Below are positions 24,598 through 36,788 of a stretch of DNA of 64,000 nt, piece after piece (positions within the stretch are counted from its first letter, which is position 1; every line of letters begins with the position of its first letter). Source of the DNA: Setoptus koraiensis (Eukaryota; Animalia; Arthropoda). The stretch spans positions 19,592,001 to 19,656,000 of the forward strand of contig CM106585.1 in NCBI GenBank assembly GCA_048013815.1, read 5' to 3'. The translations under genes were made by a program, and so were the position numbers. The notes below the pieces were generated by a model, which was given only the letters and a program-made list of their open reading frames with translations, was not told the origin of the DNA and ran no database searches.

Positions 24598-26066
24598 GCG
24601 CACTGCTTGCTGCCGCTGCTGTTGGCAAGCGTAGTTGCCAGCATCAAGTGGCAGCTTCAAGGTGGCAAGGATTAGAATGCGAGAATGGTTTTAATAATAG
24701 ACCAACGACAAGACCAGCCAGCAAGAGTTGCACACACACACACACACACACACACCATACACTGTATGGAATACAGCGACTAAAGCGACACCTGGTGCAC
24801 CAGGTGCGCAAGCAAAGTGACGGATACTTTGACTTTGGTTTTCATACTTTTGCGCAGCTACATTTAGCCTCAATGATTTAGGGCTACAAATTGCGAGAAT
24901 GGCGACTGGCGATGCCCTGCTTGGCCGTATATTGCTAGCATGTTGCCGGAAGTGCTAGCATAAAATTTAATTTGCATATCACCTATGTGCACGTGACCTC
25001 ACAGCGGCAGCGACACGTTACATTCAATTAGTCAGTTGGAGGCTCTATTGCTGCACACTTGATTACTTAATTATCTGATCATTTGATCTTTTGATCTCTC
25101 GATCAGCTGATCAGTTGATCATTTGATGCGCCTTCGGCGAGGCCGATTTGTGGCAGTTGCCGGCACGTTGTCCGCAGCTACGACATAGAGCCACTGGAGC
25201 ATCGATGCAGTGGCGCCGTCCGGTCCAGCGAGCGCTCTGTAATTAGCTCAACGCTTGTCAGCTATGTGACGAGCTGATCGAGCCGCATCATCGCATCAGT
25301 GATGTGTGAACGAAATTGAGATAATTCGAGTGGCGGATAATCAACAAAATTACAATGTTGTGCGCGACCGTTGCCATGCCAGCACAAAATCCGCGAGATG
25401 CCGACGCAAAATCCGCGAGAAGAAGCCAGCAGAAGCCGACGCAGGCCGACGGAAGCGGCAGAAGGAAGCGGCTTGCCATTTGCACAAGTTGTCGCAAGTC
25501 GTCGCGAGTTGTGGCCGGACGCTGGTCTCGGTCGGACACACTCCCTGATTGTGCACACACCGTTGCATTTTGGCCGTTGCATTTTGGCCGCTGCATTGTG
25601 ACAATTTGCATATTGTCGGCAGCGAGAGCCAGCCAAGAGTTTGTCAGTGGTCATCACTTACTGTAACGGCAACTTGTCTGTTGCAAGCGGCAAGCGGCAA
25701 GTGATGATGATCGACATTGTCGTCGTCATCAGCTGATGATGATGGATAATGCATCGATGGCTTGATGATCCGGCCAACCGGTCGGCGACATACCGTTACT
25801 TGTTGGCAAGCTTGCAACATGCACACACAGGCGTATATTATGAGTTGTGTCATGTTGGCTGACATTATGCTCGACACCAATCACATGCAACGAAGAATTA
25901 TACAATAAATAGTTACGCAATAAGCCAACATAGAGCCCAAATGTGACCGCCAGGTGAGCAAACTTATTCGTTATAACGTAACGAATAAGGCAGCAATACG
26001 TTGTGATGCGTGGCCGTGATTGCCGAAGAGCGCCGCTGAACGCATCAACAAGCGCAACTGCGCGGC

Positions 26067-26914
26067 TTACGTAACGCAACATGCGGCCACAACAGTCAAC
26101 AAGTGTGGCCACAGTTGACTTGCGGTGACACTTGCACACAAGCGCAATCACTTCCGATGTTGTCGCCGTTGTCGCACTTGTCTGACAACGGCGACAACAT
26201 CGGCGACTTGTGAGCTACCGAATGTCAGACCAAATGTTGCGCAAGCGGCCAGCTTACGTAACATTTGGTAAGAATGCACAACAATTAATGGCGACACTCG
26301 ACTCGATCAGCTGATTACCGTTGCACACTCATTCATTCATAACAGTCATCATGACAGCGCTGTGTTTCAGCACACGCCATAGTCGAGACGCCGACCGTTA
26401 CGTAATGCGCAAACAGCGGCCTAACGGTCGGGCCGGCACACGGCCAAATGTAGGCTACCGACAACAATTCAAGGTCACCTGTGTGCCATCTTTGGCTAGG
26501 TGTGCGCCTCTCGCGGCGCCACTGTCGATGTCCGTGTGTCGATTGTTGTTGTTGTTGTTGTTGTGTTGTTGTTGTCGTGTTGTTGTTGTTGTGTTGTTGC
26601 TGTTTCAAGAGCCTTGATTAATCGCAACGCCGAATCTGGATCTGTTGAGATGGCCGTCATTACGCAACGGTTGCAGCAGTTTTTTATTTACGGCAAGTGT
26701 AACAAGTTGCCAGCCACTGGCCACAACTGGCGGCACAGTTTTTGCGGCTCACCTGTTGCCGGTGTCGCAACGCATGCTATGCTAATGACTTGTCTCTGTC
26801 GCTGTTGTTCTCCGTTGTTGTCCGTCCAACTCCGTTGTTTGTGTCCAGTGCCGGTGTCCAGTGTTTGCCTGTTGTGTTTGTGTCCACACACACACACTTG
26901 CGAACATTACGTAA
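26067..26914. promoter_or_regulatory. Cluster of four perfect TTACGTAA palindromes (PAR-bZIP/NFIL3-type sites), candidate dumpy enhancer
   Basis: Sites at 26067, 26254, 26398 and 26907, 2.3-3.1 kb upstream of the dumpy ATG. Motif identity is established knowledge; enhancer function is inference. Confidence 0.45.
26154..26203. repeat. Perfect 20-bp inverted repeat, 10-nt loop
   Basis: ccgatgttgtcgccgttgtc-gcacttgtct-gacaacggcgacaacatcgg. Confidence 0.85.
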
Positions 26915-27988
26915 CCATTACGTATCCGCTGTCGATCCATCAGCGCGATCAGCTGATAGCGACAACTGGACCGGTGCGGTGGCTTGGTCCCAACGGACAC
27001 ACCATTCAACGGGGGTATGTTCTCATGTAATTCATGTAAAGTCTCATGTTTATATTGCGTCATGCGTAATAGCCGACATTTGCATGAATACACGCATGAA
27101 TATTCACCGGCGCCTATTACAGGTATGTAATATTACATGTCCGCCGAGTGGCGACACGGCGGCAGCAGCATATCCGAGCGTGAATATCGCCCGGCTGATT
27201 GACAGGGCCCATTATCGTCGATGACTGACTGACTGACTGAGCGGCGGCAGCTGATCGCTGCAAACACTTGGCAACTGGACACATTGAATGTATCGCGCCT
27301 GGCAAGCAGTTTATTTATTCTTCTTATATGTTGTCGGGCAATTTGCAATTTACATACTCACCGGCCGGCCAACGAGACAGACAGATTAGATAACAAGAGT
27401 AGACGTTGTTGTTGTTGTTGTTGTTGTTGTTGTTGCTGCTGCTGTTGTTGTAAACACGGCGCAAAACATCCTGACAAGCAGTGGTCAGCAGTGGCCGTGG
27501 CCAGTTGCGCCGCTGCCGGCCACTGCTGACCGGAAACCGGCGAGCGGGCCGGGTCGATGGCTTTGTGTGTTGCTGTTTTTGGACATTTGCAATTCAACAA
27601 GTGCGGCCACTCGGCCAGGCTTCGATGGCAGCGTCAATAGCGCCAGCGTCAACTCGTTACACTCGCCATCACTCAACTTGCCAGCAGCTTGCCGTTGTTT
27701 GTCTGCCGCTGTTAGTTACGTAATGCCGCGCAACAACAATTGGCCAAACGGCAGCAACCGGACGCTTTTAGCTGTTGGCTGCTTTTAGCCGCTGCATTAC
27801 GCAGTACGCATGCAGCGGCATGCATTTATGCATACGTAATGCGCTGCGCTGCGTTGCGTAATACCTGGCCGAGTCAATATACGAGGCTGCGATATAGGCG
27901 CCAGTTGAGCCATTTTGTTGTCTTATGTCCTGTGCGCTGTGTTTGTGTTGTTGTGTCCGGCCGCAACAAGCCCGAGAGCCGAGATCGT

Positions 27989-28068
27989 CGAGCGCCGAGA
28001 TTGCCGAGCGCCGAGATTGCCGAGCGCCGAGATTGCCGAGCGCCGAGATTGCCGAGCGCCGAGATTGC
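27989..28068. repeat. 16-bp tandem repeat (CGAGCGCCGAGATTGC) x5, perfect
   Basis: Read directly. Confidence 0.9.
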
Positions 28069-29840
28069 TGGACGGCGCCTAGAAACGTCAACGTTACATA
28101 ATGGCACTCTATTTGACTATTGGCCGCGTCGGCCGCATTGACTGTATCGACAGCACACACACAGGTGAGGCATGAGATAACGGTGCGCGTCAGCTGGGCC
28201 ATTGTGAGGTGTTTTGCGCCAGCAGAAACGCCGCTAAAATCAATACAATCCGCTCGGCGAGCAACGACAGGCCCGTTGTTTCTTGGCAGCGGCGCCAGCA
28301 GCAACAGCGGCAACAACACGAACAACAACAGCAACAACAACAACAGCAGCAGAAGCGGCAACAACAGCGACAACGACAGGCATGCATAAGATAAATATTA
28401 CATGCGAATTACGCACAGGCCGGCATTACGCAACGCCGCGGCTCACAAGTGTGTGTAATACAACACTCTGCTTAATCAATTCTTGTTAGCGCGCGTCTTG
28501 TTAGCGGCAACAACAGCAACAACAGCGGCAACAGCAACAACAACAACAATGGAATGTCCAATTTGCCACTCGTCGTCTGACCAGTGGCGGCCGTCGCCGC
28601 AACAGACGACGGATAACGGGCAGCGGACATCGGACGGCGGACAGCGGACAACAGACAGCGGACAGCGGATAACGGTGCAGCTACCTGGCGGCTTACTCAC
28701 CTGTGTACAGGTGCATTGTTGTAGTGGGGCTTATTATTCATCGTGTGTCGTGTCATGTCGCAATGTGTTTGTCTTGCCGCTGTGGGGCTGTTGCGCAACC
28801 TTGGGCCGTTTGTGCGCCAGTATGCGCCGTTATGCGTTGTGTTCCCGCAGCCAGCGACGTATCCGTCGCTGGCTGCTGCTGCAGTGATGCAACGATGCAA
28901 CGATGCAATGATGCAACGATGCAACGATGCAACGATGCAATGATGCAACGATGCAATGATGCAGCGGTGCAGCGGTGCGGCGGTGCGGCCGTCCGACGGC
29001 ACCGAGAATCCTTTTTACGACACGGCGCACGTCAATCAGCGCCAGTGTCTTGCCAGCAGCGCCAGTGTGAACTTGAACAAAGTGCCGCTATTTATGCACG
29101 GACATGACGGTCTCATCGCGGCCAATAAATGATGCCTGCCCATTTACAGGCACAACCAGCCGCGCCACTCACCTGTACACTCTAATTGCACACAGCCTGT
29201 GTAGCACAGGTGAGCTCAGGTGAGCTCAGGCGAGTGCAGCCGACGGCAGCAGCTTGTTACAGGTGCAGTACTGTGCGTGTGTGCGTAATTTGATTGAATA
29301 TTGGCGGTGCTGTCGAAGCCATCGAAGCCATCGAAGCCGCCGAAGCCGTCGAAGCCTTCGAAGCCATCGAAGCCTGCGAACTCCGAAGGCGGCAATAGGT
29401 CGCGACAGCCAGACAATGGTCAATAACAACAATAATCCGCCATATTCAATCAATAATAAATTGCGGACAAGCACACTGTACAGTGTTCACAGCTAAATGG
29501 CAAGCCCGCCCGCCGCCGTAAGCCGCTCGGCCGGCAGCAAACGAAAACAATGACCAGCCGTCGCCACTAACAATGCCGCTGATTAGCGCACAGATTTGGC
29601 GCTAATTACGTCCGCCGGCATTGCGCAATTTGTATTGTTGTTGCTGTTGTCGCTGTTGTTGCCGTTGTTGTTGCTGCTGCCGCTGCTGCGTTCGTGCATG
29701 CGCCATGTTGCGCGTTGCGTAACATTATTAGGCTGCCAATTAACTGATTCCGGCAGCATCGGTCGCCGCTCGCTTCCTGCTACGCGGGCCGCCCGTTGGC
29801 CCTCCGCACTCGCTCGCCCGTTGGCCTGTTCGCCCTCGGC

Positions 29841-29938
29841 CGCGGTCAGTTTGCGGCGGGTCAGTTTGCGGCGGGTCAGTTCGCGGCGCGGTCAGTTTGC
29901 GGCGCGGTCAGTTTGCGACGCGGTCAGTTCGCGGCGCG
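29841..29938. repeat. 15-16-bp tandem repeat (GCGGTCAGTTYGCGGC) x6
   Basis: ggtcagtt cores at 29844, 29859, 29874, 29890, 29906 and 29922. Confidence 0.85.
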
Positions 29939-32520
29939 GCGTGTCCGCAAGCCGGCCGCGGCGCTTGTCGCGCAACAGCTGTGCCCAGGAATGTGCGGAT
30001 AAATGGGTGAGCCATCAATCAGCGTTAGGCGACTGTCGCAACTGTCGATGGTGTGTCATGGGTCCGTCATCGTTGATGTGCGTTCCACTTTTCGCCTTGC
30101 CATGCCGACCCGGCCAATGGCGCCGCTGCGGCAACCCGGCCAATGGCGCCGCTGCGGCTAGTGGCAGCGGCGGCCCGTGTGCGCGCCGGATCAATCAGAA
30201 TGCGCGCCCAGCCAAATCAATAATGGACGGCGCCGAGTGGCCGCCCGAAGGCGCCAGCCAGAAGGCGGAAAGCGGAAAGTGGCCAACGGTGGTCAGCTAA
30301 TGACCTTGAACTTGGCCGGCCGCTGCCGGCAACAACAATCGTCGGACATCATTAACGGAGCCCATTGATACGGCCCAGCTGACGAGCGCCAACTGACATT
30401 TCGCGGCCACTATTAGCACTATTAGCATCACCATTAACGTTTAAACATTGCGTCATTGCGGCATTGCGTCATTACGGCACACACACACACACACTGACAA
30501 CACACATTACTGTTACGTCATAACAGCGCTTCGTTACGTAACACTGGCTGTCGGCTGACACTGGCGACAGCTGACATTGTTAGTGTGTCATTGTGTTGGC
30601 GCCAATAACGGACACACTAATGCACCGCCAACAAGTAACGATGCAAGACGGCTGGTGTTGCGCAACACAAACACGCCGAACGGCTTACCGTTGCACGCCA
30701 ACGGCACCGTTACATAACATGAACAATATGGCTCAATATAAACTGACCGGCGGCTATCGTCATTACGACGGCCACTGTGTCAGCTGGCCAATGTCAAGGC
30801 CGCTGTGTTTGGCGGCACGCATACGGCGCCAGGTATGGCGCAATGGCGTGCAGCCAGCGCCATGAGCCACCACAGCGGTCACATTCGAGCGCCATAAGTC
30901 ACCGGTTGTGGCGCAAGTCAGCTGATCGCCGTCATGATGGTCATCGTTGTCGTCGCTGCGGCCGCCATCGCTGCGGCCGTCATGATCGTCGGGCCGGCCG
31001 CGAGGAAATGGCGCCGTCGCCGGTGCCGGACAATGCGGCCGCCCGGTCAGCTGAGCGGCGGCAACAAGATGCAAACAAGGAAATTAATTGATGCTCGCCC
31101 CCTTTGTGCGTCCCTCGGCTCGCACAGTGTCCGCAGCGTCGCCGCGGCTCACCTGTCCAGCTGTGCTGACCCACATCCGCGTCAGCTGTTTGCGGCGCCG
31201 TCGCTGGCCGGTTGTAGGCCGGGCTGAGCCGACGGCCCGAGCGACGGGCTGGCAGCACTGCATTGCGTCATGCAAACGCGCCAACAAACAATTGTTGTCC
31301 TTCAATTGATCGGGCCTGTCGATTTGAGCGCCTCGACACACGCTACCCGCCGCTTGCGACCGGCCCGTATATGGCCTGTCCAACAATGGCCGCTATAGGC
31401 TGCCTGCGTACACTGTTGCACTGTCAGTGTGGCCATTGCCGGCTGATATCACTCGGCGCGGTTGCGCAATACTCGCTTCATATTCCGCTGTTCCGTTATT
31501 TTGTGGCGGCCCACCTGGCGGCCACTGCCTGAAACGGCGCGTCCGAGCGGCGCCGCCGCTCGGACGAATCGCGGCGCGTATCAATCAAGGCTCGCCCAAA
31601 TAACCGCCAAAAACGTTAATTTATCTCGTTATTTTAGCTCGCTCAAATTGGCCGCTCGCCGTCGCAATCAATCACGCAGCGGGACTTTTGCGGCGTGCGT
31701 TATTTCCGTCTCGAGTGTCGAATGTCTAGTGTCGCCCGGCGCCCGGCGCCCGGAGCATTCATTATATTAGATTACGCCATCCATGCCATCGGATCCATTG
31801 TCGGCGCTGGTCGATCCATCATATCGAGCGGTCAGATGCATTGTGAGCCGGGCAACAAGTGTCATTCCGCCAACGTGCATGCAGCGCTGCTCCAATTGGG
31901 CGCCCAAAATCCGAACCATCCATTGGTCACTTTAATTTAGTTGGTTTTGTTCGCGACTGCACCGGTTATAATCATCATTACCGTTATTAGTGTGACCATT
32001 GCGTCAGTGCATTGCGTCAGTGCGTTGTGTAACACTAATCTAATTGGGAGCGTCACTTGTTGCGCAACTAGTTGCGTGTACGTCGTCTAACTGTACGCCA
32101 ACTGACTGTCAATGCCATATCGTTGGGACGAAGTGTGCAAATGGGATCACGAGGCCGACTGGCCAACGATCCACAGACAGTGTATGGCCATCGACAGCTG
32201 ATCGGGGCCCGCTCCATGAGTCGCACGAGTCGCGCCAGTCGGCAACTAATCAGCTATCAGTTATCACGTGCGCTGCTCGGTGGTGACATCAATGATATTG
32301 CATCAATGGGATTGCGTAACATCACACGATGGTCGTAGTTTGACTGGCTTGATTTGATTATAAAACTTTGTTTTGGTCTGGCCGTAACATTTAAAATTGT
32401 TAATGAATGATATATGACGTATTATTGTTGCCAAATGCATATATTACACAAGTTATCAGCCATGAACTGTATGCATAATACGACAGAATTAGTCTTATTT
32501 GCCGTTAGTTGGTCCGTTCA

Positions 32521-32664
32521 GTCAACGACCAGCTCACAGTCAACTACCAGCTCACAGTCACCAAACAGCTGACTGTCACTAACCAGCTGACTGTCATTAA
32601 CCAGCTGACTGTCACCAACCAGCTGACAGTCTCTAACCAGCTGACAGTCACTGACCAACAGACA
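32521..32664. repeat. 18-bp tandem repeat x8 with CAGCTG cores
   Basis: Units of the type gtcactaaccagctgact; translates as V-x-x-Q-L-T in one frame. Confidence 0.85.
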
Positions 32665-35388
32665 GCGTTCATCAACTGGCCGATGGTGCCAGTTGATGAC
32701 TGGTCAGCTGGCACCACAACACGCACAAAGTTGTTAATACTATCAGCACAATAACGCTGTTGTCATGGTGTTACAATAAACGCTTGACCATTAGTTGTTG
32801 ATGATGCAACGCAATATCAGCGGCTGTCAGCTCAAGAGTGTTTGTCAATCTGCACACACACACACACACGACAGTACAAACACCTTTGCGAATTGTGATA
32901 TCACCTGTATGATCACCTGTATGATCAGCTGTATGATCACTTGAATCATACGAGTCGTATGGTCAGCCGTACGATCAGCTGTGTGATCGGCTGGATGACG
33001 TATGACAATCAGCTGTAGCGTGCACTGACAAGTGTTGCGAGTGGCCAACAAGTCGGTGGCAATAACATTGCCATGGACAATGTTATGCAATGTTTATGTT
33101 GTGCGCAGTAGTGGCTCATAAATGACCGTGATGGCGATGATAATGAGCTGTCGTTGGTGTTGCTGTTGACTCAGTCACGGCTAACTGTAAATTACCTGTC
33201 TTGACTGTGTTGACTGCATTGGCTGTGTTGCAGTATTGGCTGTGTTGTTGTGTTGTTGTTGTTGCGTTGTTGTTGTTGTTGTTGTTGTTGTGTTGTTGTT
33301 GTTGTGTTGTTGTGGGCGGCAGCAGCAGCACATTGAGCTGATGAACAATCAACAACAAAGACAAACAACACACTCGGTTGAAGCTCGTTGCGTCATTCAT
33401 TGAAACGACTGATGCGGGCCGTACAATCGTCGTAATCACACAAATTCCCGTTTGTCGTGAGTCTCACACACACTCTGTTGGCCGGCTCGAAATTCCAATA
33501 AACGCCGAGCCAGCGCCGAGCCGAGCCAAGCCAGCGCCGAGCCAACGCCGAGCAGACAAATAGACGGATAAATGGACGACGAGCGCAGAAACTCTGTTGA
33601 GCCTCGCAAAGCCATTGGGTGATCTTGAATCGGGATTATCGTCACGGGATACACACGCATTACGCAATCGCTTGCATGGGCTAATCGGCGATATTTATAA
33701 CAAAAACAATAATAATAATAATAATGATAATATTGCCAACAATGTATATTTATGGCTGCTCGTGTTGGCCAATGTCGGCGCGAAACAGCTTAACTAGCTG
33801 ACTGACTGACGGTGTTGCGACGCCGATTCAAATTCACCTGCCGACTGGACGCTCGTGCCGGGCTCATTGCGGGCTAATTAGCACAGTGGCCGCTCGTCTC
33901 CAATTGGCAATATTTGTATTTTGAGCGCACTTATTTGTATTTAGCTTACAATGTTAGATTAAAAGTTGGCTCGTTTTTAGCTATTTAGTTATTTGGTGTT
34001 TAGTTATTTGGTTGTTTGGTGTTCAGCTATTTAGTTATTTGGTGTTTAGCTATCTAGTTATTTGGTGTCTAGTTGTCGGTTACGGTCGGCTGGCCCGACC
34101 GCCAGTCGGCGTCTGGCCGGCAGCGAGACGCTGGCCGTAAGGGGCCGCTTGGCAAGCTCAATCGGCTCAACATTGGCGACTCGCGCGTCGGATTGGCCCG
34201 CGTCAGATGGGCCGCGAACCAGCGCCCACATACGAATGCATACGAATGTGCAATAGGTGCATTACACCGAGAATTACAAAAAAGTTGATTAGCATGAAAA
34301 ATTGTTGCTCTGTCACTCGCTTGCCGTTAGGTGCTGTTTGTTGCAAACAACGCACTGTTACATATAATTAGCGTTGCTACTGTTGCCGTTGGCTCTCTCA
34401 AATTGACAGTCTCAACACCAATGCAACAACAAGTGGTGTCAACAGTGACAATTAATTAAGAATTGTCTGACGAATTGGCGCTCACGACTCGTGTGTTTCG
34501 TGTGTCATTTGCATGAATGAACGTGTTTGCACGATACGCAGCGTCTTTGTTTATTTGTTTTGTTTTTGTTTCATTTGTTTCACTTTGGCCGCCGGCTGGC
34601 GCCGGGCCGCGCGTGCCCGACCAATTAATTAGTCGAGGTGCAGCATAAACACGTACCCATAGGAATGCGTAACATATAAGCAACCTGTTACGCGGGCAAT
34701 GTAACAGTTGTTATTGTTGTAGCGCCACAGTACCCGATCTGGGTATTGGGGCACATTACTAATGTGACATTAGAGTGGGTCTGGCCGCGGTTGCTGTGAC
34801 AAGCTTGTGAGACGGCACGATTCGCGGCAAAGTTGGCTCAAAATGAGCAAAGTCGGCTCAAGAGGGTGCGCTCTCCGAAAAAATAAAGCTCTCCGAGAGA
34901 ATAAATAATCAAGATCCAACAAACTCGACTGTCGATCGCGACGGCGCGACGAGCCAAACAAGTGACAATGTTGCCAGTGGGGACACGAGCACCGAAACTT
35001 CGATTACGTATCTTCGTCTGTCAGACACACAAACTAATCGCTGAATCGCTGAATTATTGGATTGCTGGGTCGCCGAGTCGCTGACACAAACTGTTTGCGA
35101 ATCGCTATGACCATTTATGGTATAATGTCAGCTCGACTTGTGTCTTCTTCTCGGCAGTCGAGACTCGCGATCGAAAGTAACGCTTGGCCCGCTTTAACGC
35201 GTTCGAGCGCTCGGATGATGATCGTCGGCGCTCGAATGGTAATCGTCGGCTCGAATTGCAAGCACGTCTGCAAACAACATAATACAACATCGTATTATTT
35301 GAATTGTTGTTGTGTTGGCGCCCACGGTGCGCGAGGCCCCGAATTTGCCTTTGGGTGGCGCTTTTTCGCGATTTGAGCGCTGCCAGGC

Positions 35389-35509
35389 TCAAATTTTCAA
35401 AATTTCAAAATTTTACATTCTCAAAATTTCAAAATTTTACATTCTCAAAATTTCAAAATTTCACATTCTCAAAATTTCAAAATTTCACATTCTCAAAATT
35501 TCAAAATTT
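35389..35509. repeat. AT-rich 24-bp tandem repeat (TCAAAATTTCAAAATTTYACATTC) x4.7
   Basis: Read directly. The unit consists of three 8-bp subunits and sits in a GC-rich background. Confidence 0.9.
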
Positions 35510-36663
35510 GGCCCAGCGATAGCGATGCACGTGAGTCACTCACGGTGAGTGCGATACGCGAAAGTTGGGCAGAACAGGCCCGCCGCTACGAGGCGCAACA
35601 CACAATGTAGCCGCAATTTATATTGCACGGCGCGTCGGATGGGATAAATGGAAATAAAAATGCAAATCAGTTGACAGCGACGACGAGCGACAGGTGGCGA
35701 GCATTAATTAATTATGTTGTTGTAGTTGAATTGCGGTCGGCTCGCCCGCTCATAATGCTCGATAAGCGTATGCGAGCGCCTTGTGACAGCGATACTCAGG
35801 TGAACGATGCTTGTCGGATGCTCAAGTTGAAAAATTTTAAGTAAAACTCTCAAGTCTTGTCAAGTTTTCGACTCGAGCTCGTCGTTGTCGCCACCGTTGT
35901 CGCCGTCGTTGTCGCCGTCGTTGTTGTTGTCGTTGTTGTTGTTGTCGTTGTTGTTGCCGTCGCTGTCGTTGTTGGCAGTCGTTGTTGGCAGTCGTGCGAC
36001 GAGCGCCGCAACTGCGTCGTGTGCCATACCGGTGCCAGCGAACGCCATTCAGCCGGGCGATCAATGGCGCTTTATCCGCCGATCGCTTACCTGTGTCGTC
36101 GCTGCGATGAGCCAGCGCACACACATAAATAAACGTATAAATGTAAACAAACCGAGAGTATAAAACTAAATTAGTGTTTGTGTATCAACGCAGACAGTGG
36201 CACAGGTGGTTCGGAGAGCGGGGGCTGCTGGTGGCGGATCGGCACAGTTTAGAAATGACATCATTCGGTGAGTCGCTTCGCCGAGTCTAATTGCAGCCTG
36301 CGAGCTGCGTCTCTCGCCAGCGACGTTCGGGCTGGATCTCGAGAGCAGCTGATTCTCTGGCAAGACGAGCGGATTCTCTGGCAAGACGAGCCGATTCGCT
36401 GGCGAGTGGAGCCGATTCAGAGCGCGACTCGAGAGAAGCGACTCGAGAGAAGCGACTCGAGACAAGAGATTCGAGAGAAGAGATTCGAGACGAGAATAAC
36501 GACGCCAACGACGACGACCAAGGCCGACGGCGCGATCGTGCTCGTGCAGTTTCGCCGGCCAGCCAGCCCAATGTGACCGTGGCCTGCCGGCGTGTCGGTG
36601 GCACTGCAACCAACCAAACCAACCAACCACCGACACGCCGGCACTCAATCGGCCGGCTGTCAT

Positions 36664-36788
36664 AATGCCCAATCAGCTGGCTGTCACAATGCCAGATCGG
36701 CTGGCTGTCACAATGCCCAATCGGCTGGCTGTCACAATGCCCAATCGGCTGGCTGTCACAATGCCAGATCAGCTGGCTGTCGCAATGC
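36664..36788. repeat. 24-bp tandem repeat (AATGCCMRATCRGCTGGCTGTCAC) x5
   Basis: Read directly. Confidence 0.9.
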
